Shown: positions 20,925 to 29,971 of the stretch, in pieces
Layout of the letters: the number at the start of each line of letters is the position of its first letter
Position numbering within the stretch: position 1 is the stretch's first letter
Position numbers and translations under genes: made by a program
Notes under the pieces: generated by a model
Databases searched by the model: none
The model's input: only the letters and a program-made list of their open reading frames with translations
What the model was told of the DNA's origin: nothing
Source of the DNA: Candidatus Krumholzibacteriia bacterium
Lineage (GTDB): Bacteria; Krumholzibacteriota; Krumholzibacteriia; LZORAL124-64-63
Length of the DNA: 64,000 nt
Assembly: GCA_036351155.1 (NCBI GenBank)
Contig: JAZBOO010000280.1
Span: 1 to 64,000, forward strand
Reading direction: 5' to 3'

Positions 20925-21750
20925 CCAGCAGAATCTTTTGCGGGATTACGGCATCAAACCGGTGAAACGGCGCGGTCAGAATTTCCTGATCGACACCAAT
21001 CTGGCCCGGTCCATCGCCCAGGATACCCTGGAACTCGGCCGTGAAATCCTGGAACTGGGGGCGGGCGGCGGGGCCCTGACCGTCCACCTATTGGGACAGG
21101 CGTCCCGTGTGGTGTGCGTGGAAGTGGACCGTCACCTGTGTGCCTTGCTGCAGGCGGAATTCGGTCATCTGCCAGAATTCCAGCTGGTGGAAGGCGATCT
21201 GGCCAAGCTGGACTGGACAGCCACCCTGGACCTGGCCGGACCGCGGCCCGTGGTGGCCGGCAACCTGCCCTACGTCCTGACCAGCAAGGTCCTGTTTGCC
21301 CTGGCCGACCACCGCAACCGCACCGCAGGCGGGGTGTTCATGGTCCAGAAAGAGGTGGCCGAACGGTTGACCGCCACCCCGGGAGGCCGGGACTACGGGA
21401 TCCTGGCGGTGGTCCTGGGCTCGCTGTTTGAAATCAGACTGGTGCGAACGGTACCTTCTACCGTATTTTGGCCCCGGCCCGAGGTGGCATCGGCCATCGT
21501 GCGGCTGGTGCCCGGGGAAATCTGGGAGGATGCCGAGTACCACCAGTTCACCGCCGTGGTGAAGACCCTGTTCGGGCAACGCCGGAAAAAATTGCGCACC
21601 CAGCTGCGGGCGCATTTCCAGCTGGAAGGTGCCGAGATCGACGATCTCTGCCGACCCATCGATCTGGACCCCGATCTCAGGCCCGAGCAGATCGAGGCTT
21701 CATTGCTACGTCAACTGGCCGCGAAGCTGCCGCGGAAGGACAGTTCTTGA
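20914..21750 (+). CDS. rsmA: 16S rRNA m6,2A dimethyltransferase
   Basis: GQNFLID, LELGAGGG, GNLPY, MVQKEVAERL, F.P.PEV.S, QRRKKL; GTG start after GGAGGA. Confidence 0.95.
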   Translation: MTRSQQNLLRDYGIKPVKRRGQNFLIDTNLARSIAQDTLELGREILELGAGGGALTVHLLGQASRVVCVEVDRHLCALLQAEFGHLPEFQLVEGDLAKLDWTATLDLAGPRPVVAGNLPYVLTSKVLFALADHRNRTAGGVFMVQKEVAERLTATPGGRDYGILAVVLGSLFEIRLVRTVPSTVFWPRPEVASAIVRLVPGEIWEDAEYHQFTAVVKTLFGQRRKKLRTQLRAHFQLEGAEIDDLCRPIDLDPDLRPEQIEASLLRQLAAKLPRKDSS

Positions 21751-23828
21751 ACTTGCATCGCTCCGGAGCAGGCAACACGAAAACACCGAGGCCCTGGCTG
21801 ATCCTGGCCCTGGTCCTGTTGCTGTGTCCGGCGGTGGTCCTGGCCCAGGAATATGCCCAGGCCGACAGCCTGGCCACGGCCGATGGCGACACGCTGTCCG
21901 CCGATATGACCGTGGCCGAGATGGCCGCCCTGGAGAATGCGCGCAGCCGATCCGCCGAGGCCGAAGACCTGCCCACAGGGTTCTTCATCGGACTGAACAG
22001 CAGCGCCAAGGCCGGCATCAGTTTCGATGTCCGCGTGAACAGGTTCTACGGGGAGCTGAAGAACGATGTGGTCATGGCCGGGGGATCCACCTTCAACAAC
22101 ACGGCCAAGTGGTCCTGGGACGATTTTCGTCAGCAGGAGAAGACGGTGGATGTCCGCAACGACCGCTTCCTGTACAACTCCGGCACTCTGCTGCCTTTCA
22201 AGCTGAGCTCGAACGGAAGCTGGGACTGGTCCGAGGACAACACCATCAACTCGGCCGGGTTCGAGAACCTCTCCAAGCGCGATTTCAAGACCGGCAACAT
22301 CCAGCTCAACAAGCCCAAGTTCGATCTCGCGGGCATGAAAGCCATCCTGAAAACATCGGTGGGCACCAGCGACCAGAAGGCAGTCAGTCGCGACCAGCGC
22401 AACGATTTCACCGAGGCTTTTCTGGACGGTGGAGCCCAGCTGGGGCGGGAACTGGTCGAGGGTGTGGCTCTGGCCACCAGCGTGTACGGCAAGACCATCT
22501 CCGGTGACAAGACTCTGGGCGACAGCGCGGCGCCGACCACGACCAACAGTGATTCGCTGGGCATCGGGGTCTACTTCGAGCGGGGAATTGCCAACGGCCG
22601 GTTGACCATTGCCCGCAGCAACTTCGAAGAGAAGTACCTGGACTACCGGCGCAACACCACCGGGCAGATCGACACCGTGCGCGTGGACGAGTTTGACAAG
22701 GTTGTCGACGAGCTGAAGACCACCGATGCGGTGAGTGTCGAGTTCGAGAATCAGATGCGGGTGGGCCGGCTGGGTTTCCGGACTTCCCTGTCACGGGATG
22801 CGGACGAACTGGCTTACCAGGCCAGCGGTGTGGGCCGCAAGGAAAGGCAAACCGACAAGGCCCGGTTCGGACTCACCTATGCCACCGGACGGGACTCCTT
22901 CAGCCTGGACTATCACTACCTCTGGAAATGGGACGATCAGCGCCTCAAGAATGCGACGGCCAACCGCGGGCGTCAGTACATCAAGAATCGCGATCTGGAT
23001 TTCTTCTACGGCCGTGAGCTTTTCAAGGCCACCGATCTCACTGTCAAGTACCACACGGGTCTGGGGCAGGATATCGCCCAGAATCAGTTCAACGCCAATG
23101 ACAAGGATCGCCTGAACAACGACCTGTCCATTCAGATGGGGCGCGACTGGCGGGGCAAGTTCAAGGTGGATCTGCTGTTTGCCTACAAGCAGAGCAAGGA
23201 TGTGGCCATCCGGTCGACCAGCTCGGCCAACAACAACCTCAAGGATTCTTACGAGGTGTCGCCGGGCTACCGCTGGCCGCTGGCCGACTGGCTGACCTTG
23301 AGCCAGACCTACCGCATCTATATCCAGTACACGGATTACGTGTATTCCGATCTGGAGCAGGTGACGCGCGAGGACGACTACAGCAAGCGGGGCAATCTGA
23401 ACTCCATCGTGGTCATCAAACCGTCCAGGCGGCTTGAGGTGGCCATCCGGCACGATTACAACAAACGATCCAGCGCCGTGAAATCGGCCACCGATGTTCT
23501 GGGCCGCACCAGCTACTTCACCAAGCAGAAGCAGGCCATCAACAAGATCGATCTGGGGGCCACCTTCAAGTTGACCGAGGGGGTGACCATCGAGGCGGCC
23601 ACCTTCCGGACTCGCGACTTCAAGGAGATTTTCGGCACCTCGGTGAGTGATAGCGAGGTCTTCAGCGGCGAGGTCTGGATCGGGGCCAAGGTGGATCAAG
23701 CGTGGGGCCCCAACGACGATCTGTTGCTGTCGGCGGTCATCAAGAAGTACAATGCCTTCGGGCCCAGCGTCACCGAAGAGACCAGTGATTACTGGGAAGC
23801 CGATGTCTCGCTGAAGTGGGGGTTCTAG
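21747..23828 (+). CDS. Uncharacterised outer-membrane beta-barrel protein (~690 aa)
   Basis: Signal peptide (LILALVLLLCPAVVLA), alternating amphipathic strands rich in aromatic residues, C-terminal beta-signal EADVSLKWGF. Confidence 0.7.
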   Translation: MNLHRSGAGNTKTPRPWLILALVLLLCPAVVLAQEYAQADSLATADGDTLSADMTVAEMAALENARSRSAEAEDLPTGFFIGLNSSAKAGISFDVRVNRFYGELKNDVVMAGGSTFNNTAKWSWDDFRQQEKTVDVRNDRFLYNSGTLLPFKLSSNGSWDWSEDNTINSAGFENLSKRDFKTGNIQLNKPKFDLAGMKAILKTSVGTSDQKAVSRDQRNDFTEAFLDGGAQLGRELVEGVALATSVYGKTISGDKTLGDSAAPTTTNSDSLGIGVYFERGIANGRLTIARSNFEEKYLDYRRNTTGQIDTVRVDEFDKVVDELKTTDAVSVEFENQMRVGRLGFRTSLSRDADELAYQASGVGRKERQTDKARFGLTYATGRDSFSLDYHYLWKWDDQRLKNATANRGRQYIKNRDLDFFYGRELFKATDLTVKYHTGLGQDIAQNQFNANDKDRLNNDLSIQMGRDWRGKFKVDLLFAYKQSKDVAIRSTSSANNNLKDSYEVSPGYRWPLADWLTLSQTYRIYIQYTDYVYSDLEQVTREDDYSKRGNLNSIVVIKPSRRLEVAIRHDYNKRSSAVKSATDVLGRTSYFTKQKQAINKIDLGATFKLTEGVTIEAATFRTRDFKEIFGTSVSDSEVFSGEVWIGAKVDQAWGPNDDLLLSAVIKKYNAFGPSVTEETSDYWEADVSLKWGF

Positions 23829-23829
23829 C

Positions 23830-24450
23830 ATGATGATCCTGGACCGAGGGCCCCGGCTGGGCCAGACCCTGGTGCTGACCCTGGGGCTGGCCATGTTCTT
23901 GAGTGGGTGTCTTTTTGAACCCCGCGATGACGAACCGCCTTCCCTGGGTGCCCAGGTCACGTACAACCCGCGGAACAGTCCGCGCAATGTCTGGGAGAAC
24001 CTGCAAATTTCCCTCCAGAACAACGACAGCTTCGGCTGGGAGGAAAATATCAGTCCCGATTTCACCTACGAGCCCGATTCGGAATCTGTGCCCGCGGATA
24101 ATCCCGGTTTTTTTCAAGGCTGGAACTTCGAGCGAGAAAAGGCATTCATCAATAACTTCTATACCAGTCCGGTGACTTCTCAGGCCCAGATGCGCAACGA
24201 CGAATTCATTGTCCCGGAAGCTTCGGGGGTCGAGGTGATCTGGACCGAGGTCATCTATTTTGTGCGGGTGACCAACACCAATGACAATTCCGAAATCCGG
24301 TATCGAGGTTCAGCAAATATCACCTTTAAGCTCGAGGGCAATTTCTGGTATGTTTACAGGTGGGTGGATCTCATCGGGGAAAATGACCCCGATACTGGTC
24401 AGCCATTGCCAACTCTGGGGGTGCTGCGCGGAACATTTGGTAGCAATTAA
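23830..24450 (+). CDS. Uncharacterised lipoprotein (possible NTF2/SnoaL-like fold)
   Basis: Lipobox LSGC-LFEP; starts 1 nt after the OMP stop; helix-then-beta pattern ending W.VYRW.D. Confidence 0.7.
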   Translation: MMILDRGPRLGQTLVLTLGLAMFLSGCLFEPRDDEPPSLGAQVTYNPRNSPRNVWENLQISLQNNDSFGWEENISPDFTYEPDSESVPADNPGFFQGWNFEREKAFINNFYTSPVTSQAQMRNDEFIVPEASGVEVIWTEVIYFVRVTNTNDNSEIRYRGSANITFKLEGNFWYVYRWVDLIGENDPDTGQPLPTLGVLRGTFGSN

Positions 24451-24580
24451 ACACAGTATATGTTAAATTCATGGGAGAGTATCCCGGTTTTTAACCGCAA
24501 CATGCCGCGTTTCTGGTTGGGCTTCTCGTTCAAATTCCCTGTCACCCCAGGGAGGCCCTGGAATTATGGAGGACCGTGAG

Positions 24581-25207
24581 ATGAAAAGGAACTTTCTGTT
24601 ACTCTTGATGGCCCTGGCCCTGATGGTCGGTCCGGCCGGTTGTATCTTCTCGCCCGACGATAATACAGGGGATCCCCCTGGAGGGAACACCGACCTGGAG
24701 TACCCCAAGGATCCCGATACCCTCATCAAAAATTTCAAGCGCATCTACACCGAGATGCGGATTGATGATTTCAAGGCCATGCTCTTCAGCGAGTACAAGA
24801 CCGTACTTCTGCCCTCGACTCTCGAGGAATGGAACGATGCGGGGAACCCCCTGGCCGAGGATGTTTTCTACCGTGAGGACGAGATCAACATCCACCAGAA
24901 CATGTTCTCCGGGAATACGGGGCTGCGACCGAATGGCGATACGGTTCCGCCCATCGCTTCCATCCAGGTTGATCTCCTCTCAAAGTTGACGAGCTGGGAG
25001 CTCATTCCCGAATCCCATGTCCATTTTTCCGGGCAGGGAGGGTACTGGGCCCTGTTCCATGTGAATCTTTCCTTCTACCTTCCGGACGGATCCCGATTCC
25101 AGGTTCAACAAAATGTGGAGTTCTACGTGGTGCCCACCGACGACAACGGACGCACCAAGTGGCTGCTGCTGGGCCAGGTCGGGATCGAGCCCAGTAATGA
25201 TCCCTAG
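24581..25207 (+). CDS. Uncharacterised lipoprotein, probable distant paralogue of 23830-24450
   Basis: GGAGGA RBS, lipobox PAGC-IFSP, P.DP..LI.NF segment comparable to P.SP..V..NL in the upstream gene. Confidence 0.7.
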   Translation: MKRNFLLLLMALALMVGPAGCIFSPDDNTGDPPGGNTDLEYPKDPDTLIKNFKRIYTEMRIDDFKAMLFSEYKTVLLPSTLEEWNDAGNPLAEDVFYREDEINIHQNMFSGNTGLRPNGDTVPPIASIQVDLLSKLTSWELIPESHVHFSGQGGYWALFHVNLSFYLPDGSRFQVQQNVEFYVVPTDDNGRTKWLLLGQVGIEPSNDP

Positions 25208-25247
25208 ACCCGGGCCCTTGGCCGGATCTGCTTGACAGCCGATACAC

Positions 25248-25278
25248 AAAGAGGGAGCCTTGACGGGCTCCTTCTTTT
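25248..25278 (+). terminator. Rho-independent terminator (possibly bidirectional)
   Basis: AAAGAGGGAGCC...GGCTCCTTCTTTT hairpin. Confidence 0.6.
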
Positions 25279-25314
25279 CCCCGCATATGGAGATGCGACT
25301 TGAAATTGCCAGGA

Positions 25315-26781
25315 ATGTCCCCCCGAAAGAAAACCAAGGCCCGCGGGAAAGCTCCCGCCCGCCGCAAGAAGAAAACGGCCAGACCTCCCTGGCTGGGCGC
25401 CGTGCTGGGTGTAGCTCTCGTGCTCATGGTGGCCATGATCGGGTTGCTCAAGTGGTCGGAGTCACGCACCGGTCAAACGGCCCTGCTGTCCATGGGGTCG
25501 GAAAAGATGTTCGGCGAAGTGCAGGCGGCCATCGATGAGCAGCTGGCTCCGCTGTTTCCCGGCTGGCGCTCCGGCCCCGTCGGACCGGGCAGCGCGCCAG
25601 GTGACCACGACTGGCCCGCCGACGAGTTCGGCTCCGGCGCGGCGGTGTGGTGCCGGGTGCTGTCCGTCCCTGCCGATGTTCCCTACCGCCACCTTTCCTG
25701 GCAGATCGCTCAGGCCCTTGAACCGCTGGGAGCCCGGGTCCTCTGGTCCCAGCGCCTGTACCCGGACCAGCCTTCGGCGGCCCAGGCCCAGCCCAGCGAG
25801 GAGCTGGATCTGCTGAGGTTGGATCTGGGCGTACCCGGCCGCCCCACCCACACCCTGGTGTTGCAACGCCAGGGCCATGAGGCGCCGGTGCGCTGGGGCA
25901 CAGGGCCGGGGATCACCGCCTGGTCCGCGCTGGCCGCCCGCCACGATGCGCCGCTGGTGGCCCTGGTCATCGACGACTGGGGCTATGCCAAGACCACCGC
26001 CACGCGCCAGCTGATCAGCTTGCCGGTTCCACTGACCATGGCCGTCCTGCCGGGGCTGTCCTATTCTCGTGAATTTGCCCTGGAAAAAACCGACCTGGTG
26101 CTGCCTCCGGATCTCCTGAAAGGCGCCGCCGGGGTGGGGCAGCGGGCCGCCCCGGGCCGCATCGAGCGTCTGGCGGCCGGGTGTTTCGTGGAGGTGAGCG
26201 TGGATCGGCCGCGCACCCGCTCGGAAGTCCGGCGCCGGGAAATCCTGCTCCATCTGCCCATGCAGCCCGAAGGCTACCCCGAAACCAATCCCGGCAGCGA
26301 GGCCATCATGGTGGGCATGTCCCGCACCGACATGGAAGTCCGGGTGGACAAGGCGCTGAACCAGCTGGACCGCGTCACCGGCGTGAACAATCACATGGGC
26401 AGTGCGGCCACCAGTGATCCCGCCACCATGGACAATCTCATGGCGGTCCTGGAGGATCGGGGGCTGCTCTTCCTGGACAGCCTGACCTCATCGCGCTCGG
26501 TGGCCTACGATGCGGCCCGGCAACAGGGCATTCCCGCCCTGAAGAACCGCCTTTTTCTGGACTACGACAACGAGGACGAGCAAAAGATCACCGCCAAGCT
26601 GAATCGCCTGGTCCAGGCCGCCCGCAGCACCGGGTACGCCGTGGGCATCGGCCACCCTCACCCTGCCACCGCCCGGGTGCTGGCCAGGGAAATCCCGCGG
26701 CTGGTGGCCGAGGGTGTGGTCTTCGTGACCGTCTCGGAATTGCACGCCCTCGTGGACCATCGTCAGAAAGTTTTGCCATGA
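25315..26781 (+). CDS. Divergent polysaccharide deacetylase (YibQ/DUF610 family), membrane anchored
   Basis: ALVIDDWG, LTMAVLP, EILLHLPMQP, GVNNHMGS, FLDSLTS, VGIGHP. Confidence 0.88.
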   Translation: MSPRKKTKARGKAPARRKKKTARPPWLGAVLGVALVLMVAMIGLLKWSESRTGQTALLSMGSEKMFGEVQAAIDEQLAPLFPGWRSGPVGPGSAPGDHDWPADEFGSGAAVWCRVLSVPADVPYRHLSWQIAQALEPLGARVLWSQRLYPDQPSAAQAQPSEELDLLRLDLGVPGRPTHTLVLQRQGHEAPVRWGTGPGITAWSALAARHDAPLVALVIDDWGYAKTTATRQLISLPVPLTMAVLPGLSYSREFALEKTDLVLPPDLLKGAAGVGQRAAPGRIERLAAGCFVEVSVDRPRTRSEVRRREILLHLPMQPEGYPETNPGSEAIMVGMSRTDMEVRVDKALNQLDRVTGVNNHMGSAATSDPATMDNLMAVLEDRGLLFLDSLTSSRSVAYDAARQQGIPALKNRLFLDYDNEDEQKITAKLNRLVQAARSTGYAVGIGHPHPATARVLAREIPRLVAEGVVFVTVSELHALVDHRQKVLP

Positions 26782-27878
26782 GCCCAGCCGAATCTCCTGT
26801 GGTCCACTTTTTTCCTCTGGCTGATCAGGTGGAGAGGGAACTCGACCCCGCGGTGCTGAAGAAGGCCACCACCGCCGTGGTGAGCCGTCTGGCGCTCAGG
26901 CCGGTGAGCCAGGGCGCGTGGGCCGTCAAGGTGCACCTGGGGGCCCGGGGACGGCCCGCCGCCGTGTCCCCGGAATGGGTCCAGGCCGGCAGTGCCCAGC
27001 TGGGTGGGCCGGTGGAGATCTGCGACACCCTGTCGATCACCAGCGAAGGTCTGCACACTCCCGAGGAACTGCGCAGGACCGCTCTGGCCAAGGGCCATGC
27101 CGCGGGGTTCAAGGTGGCCGATGATCCCGCGCTGGGTGAGGCCGTCCCGGTCAAGGGCCAGCTGGTCCATCCGAGTGGCCGTCCCGGGCGGGAAGCTCGC
27201 CTGGCTGCCGGCCTCGCTCCCGCCCAGGGTCTGCTGGTGATGAATGCGGTGGACACCCATCCTCACCTGGGTTTCCAGGGAGCCATGGCGCAGCTGGCCC
27301 TGGGTTGCAGTGATCGCCAGGCCAAGCTGGACCTGCACCGGGATATCCGGCCCAAGGTGGACACGCCTCTGTGCGCGGGCTGTGGGTCCTGTCTGGCCGT
27401 GTGTCTCTTCGATGCCATCGATCTGAAGTCGGGGCGCGCAGTGATTGACCACACCCGATGCACCGGGTGCGGAGAATGCATGACGGTGTGCCACCTGGCA
27501 GGCATTGCGGCAGAAAATCCGGCCAGCCTGGAAAACTATCAGGTGCAGCTGGCGGAAACAGCCACCGCTCTCTGGCAAGGGACCGAGTGGCAGCGGGCGG
27601 GGCGTCTGGGCTTCGTGAACTACCTGGTCCATCTGGATCGCCGCCACAACCGATCGGCTCCCCGGGGAAGGGGGCGCGCCCTTCATCTGGGGGTGCTGGC
27701 CTCACGCGATCCCGTGGCCCTGGACCGGGCCACCTGGGACCTGCTGGCAGAGTACACGGGACGCGATCTGACCGCCTGGTGTGGTTATCCCCAGAATCCG
27801 GGGGTGCTGCTGGAGCGCATGGCCCTGTGGACCGACTGCAGCCAGGAGTACCGCCTGGTGGAGGTGGCGGGCCCCTGA
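26778..27878 (+). CDS. DUF362 family protein with 2x[4Fe-4S] ferredoxin domain
   Basis: AVKVHLG, H...GF.GA...L.LGC, CAGCGSCLAVC and CTGCGECMTVC, GVLASRDPVALDRA. Confidence 0.8.
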   Translation: MSPAESPVVHFFPLADQVERELDPAVLKKATTAVVSRLALRPVSQGAWAVKVHLGARGRPAAVSPEWVQAGSAQLGGPVEICDTLSITSEGLHTPEELRRTALAKGHAAGFKVADDPALGEAVPVKGQLVHPSGRPGREARLAAGLAPAQGLLVMNAVDTHPHLGFQGAMAQLALGCSDRQAKLDLHRDIRPKVDTPLCAGCGSCLAVCLFDAIDLKSGRAVIDHTRCTGCGECMTVCHLAGIAAENPASLENYQVQLAETATALWQGTEWQRAGRLGFVNYLVHLDRRHNRSAPRGRGRALHLGVLASRDPVALDRATWDLLAEYTGRDLTAWCGYPQNPGVLLERMALWTDCSQEYRLVEVAGP

Positions 27879-27966
27879 AACCGGGGCAAGTGACCATGGT
27901 GCCGGCAGATCCCGGAACGGCTCTTCTCCGATTTATTGCCATTTCCTGGAAAAATTGAACAGGCTG

Positions 27967-28147
27967 TGTTATCATGGTTGCCGGCTAATCCGGCGGGGCG
28001 CGTCTTTCTGTGCGCCTTGATGCGATCTCGACGCCCCGTCCGTACTGACATCAAGGCGTGCTTTTTTATGTGATGTTGACCCGTATATCCTCGGAAGTTC
28101 ATTGGTGACAATTACTTCCGTCATTGCGGCAGACGGCATTCCAGGAG
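27967..28147 (+). promoter_or_regulatory. Putative structured 5' leader / small RNA upstream of secD
   Basis: Extended -10 TGTTATCAT (27967-27975); interleaved stems 27992-28000/28032-28040 and 28010-28022/28049-28061 followed by T6; GNRA-capped hairpin 28092-28120. Confidence 0.4.
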
Positions 28148-28155
28148 TTGAAAAA

Positions 28156-29883
28156 ATGAACCGTTCCCTGCAGATCAGGGCTGGACTGAGTATCCTTGTC
28201 CTCCTGTTCTCCATCTATGGGTTGTTGCCCACCTTCAAAGCCCTGTCGATTTCCTCCGAGGAACGCGAGGCGGCCAAGGACGACCCGGTCAAGATGGCGG
28301 AAATCTCTGAAATCGACGCGGCGGCCATTCGCCGGGGGCTGGATCTCAAGGGTGGTATGTATCTGGTGCTCGAAGTCGAGCAAACCGGGATGAATTCCTC
28401 CGAAGCCCAGAATACCCTCGATCGAGTCAAGACCATCCTGACCAACCGGATCGACAAGTTCGGCGTCAGCGAGCCGGAAATCACCACCTTCGGCAGCAGC
28501 CGTATCGTGGTGAAGTTGCCGGGTCTGCAGGATCCCGAGCGGGCCAAGAACCTGCTGGGCTCCACCGCCCAGCTGGAATTCCGTCTGGTGCGCCCGGACG
28601 CGGAAATCCAGACGGCTCTCGAGACCCTGGACGAGCTGTTCCTGGGTAGCGTGACGGCCGAGACCAGTGAGCCTGAAGCTGGGGTTGATCCCGTGGAAAC
28701 GCCTGCCGAGGACCCGGCCGAGGTCGATGACCCCGCCGTGGCCGAAGCCGACTCCGCCGGGGAAGAGAATCCCTTCGGCGACCTGGACGAACTGGCCGAC
28801 AACGAGGCCGCCGCCGAGGATTTCCTGCGCGATCATCCCTTCAGCGGCCGGCTGATTGTTCAGCCCGGCATCTTGGCCACCCCTCTGTTCGTCAACGAGG
28901 ACGATGTCCTGCTGGTGCAGGGCATGCTCGATGACCCGCGCGCCAAGCGTCGCCTGCGTGACATGGAATTCCAGCTCGGCGCCGAGGCCATGGCCTTTGG
29001 CGAGGGCCTGTTCCTGCGCCCCCTGTATCTGGTCGACGGCAAGCCCGGCATGACCGGTGACCACCTCAAGAGTGCCGTGCCGACCGCCAACCCGGACCGT
29101 CCCGGCAGCTGGCAGGTGAGCTTCGCCCTGGACAGCCGTGGCGCCCGCACCTTTGCCAAGCTCACGGGTGAGAACATCAACCGTTTCCTGGCGATCAGCC
29201 TGGACGACCGCATCGCCTCGGCGCCGCGGATCGACAGCCGCATTCCCGGCCAGGGCGTGATCACCGGCGACTTCGACCACAACGAAGCCAAGGACCTTTC
29301 CACTCTGCTGGAAGCCGGTGCCCTGCCCGTCGACATCTACATTGCCGAGGAGCGTACCGTGGGCCCGAGCCTGGGGAGCGACTCCATCCGCATGGGTGTC
29401 TCGGCCGCTCTGTACGGCTCCATCCTGGTGATCCTGTTCATGCTGATCTACTACCGGATCAGCGGTCTGGTGACCGTGATTGCCCTGATCAGCAACATCC
29501 TCATCCTGATGGCCATCCTGGGTCAGGCGGGGCTGGTGCTCACCTTGCCTGGTATTGCGGGTATCATCCTGACGGTGGGTATGGCCGTTGATGCCAACGT
29601 GCTGATCAACGAGCGTATTCGCGAGGAGCTCCGCAAGGACAAGACCATTCGCGCGTCGGTGCAGGCCGGGTATGCCAACGCCACCCGGACCATCCTGGAC
29701 GCCAATATCACGACCCTGATCGCGGGCGGCATCCTCTGGATGTTCGGCACCGGCCCCATCAAGGGCTTTGCCGTCACCCTGAGCATCGGTATCGCCACCA
29801 GCGTATTCACGGCCCTGGTCATGACCCGTTTCATCATGGAGATGTACACGCGGAACAAGGGCCAGCAGAAAATGAGTATCTAG
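28156..29883 (+). CDS. secD: Protein translocase subunit SecD
   Basis: GLDLKGG, RIDKFGVSEP, RTVGPSLG, LTLPGIAG...GMAVDANVLINERIREE, DANITTLI. Confidence 0.96.
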   Translation: MNRSLQIRAGLSILVLLFSIYGLLPTFKALSISSEEREAAKDDPVKMAEISEIDAAAIRRGLDLKGGMYLVLEVEQTGMNSSEAQNTLDRVKTILTNRIDKFGVSEPEITTFGSSRIVVKLPGLQDPERAKNLLGSTAQLEFRLVRPDAEIQTALETLDELFLGSVTAETSEPEAGVDPVETPAEDPAEVDDPAVAEADSAGEENPFGDLDELADNEAAAEDFLRDHPFSGRLIVQPGILATPLFVNEDDVLLVQGMLDDPRAKRRLRDMEFQLGAEAMAFGEGLFLRPLYLVDGKPGMTGDHLKSAVPTANPDRPGSWQVSFALDSRGARTFAKLTGENINRFLAISLDDRIASAPRIDSRIPGQGVITGDFDHNEAKDLSTLLEAGALPVDIYIAEERTVGPSLGSDSIRMGVSAALYGSILVILFMLIYYRISGLVTVIALISNILILMAILGQAGLVLTLPGIAGIILTVGMAVDANVLINERIREELRKDKTIRASVQAGYANATRTILDANITTLIAGGILWMFGTGPIKGFAVTLSIGIATSVFTALVMTRFIMEMYTRNKGQQKMSI

Positions 29884-29971
29884 GTCTCGACCCGGTCGAG
29901 CGCAGATATACACCCCCGGCAACGGGGCATGAAACCGAGCCGGCAGGGTTCGGGAAAGGTCGGACAGGAAG

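Noticed and set aside
27781..28020. Possible arrest-peptide uORF (VemP/ApdA-like) upstream of secDF
   Set aside because: Overlaps the DUF362 gene; no signal or TM segment and no RAPP-like C-terminal motif
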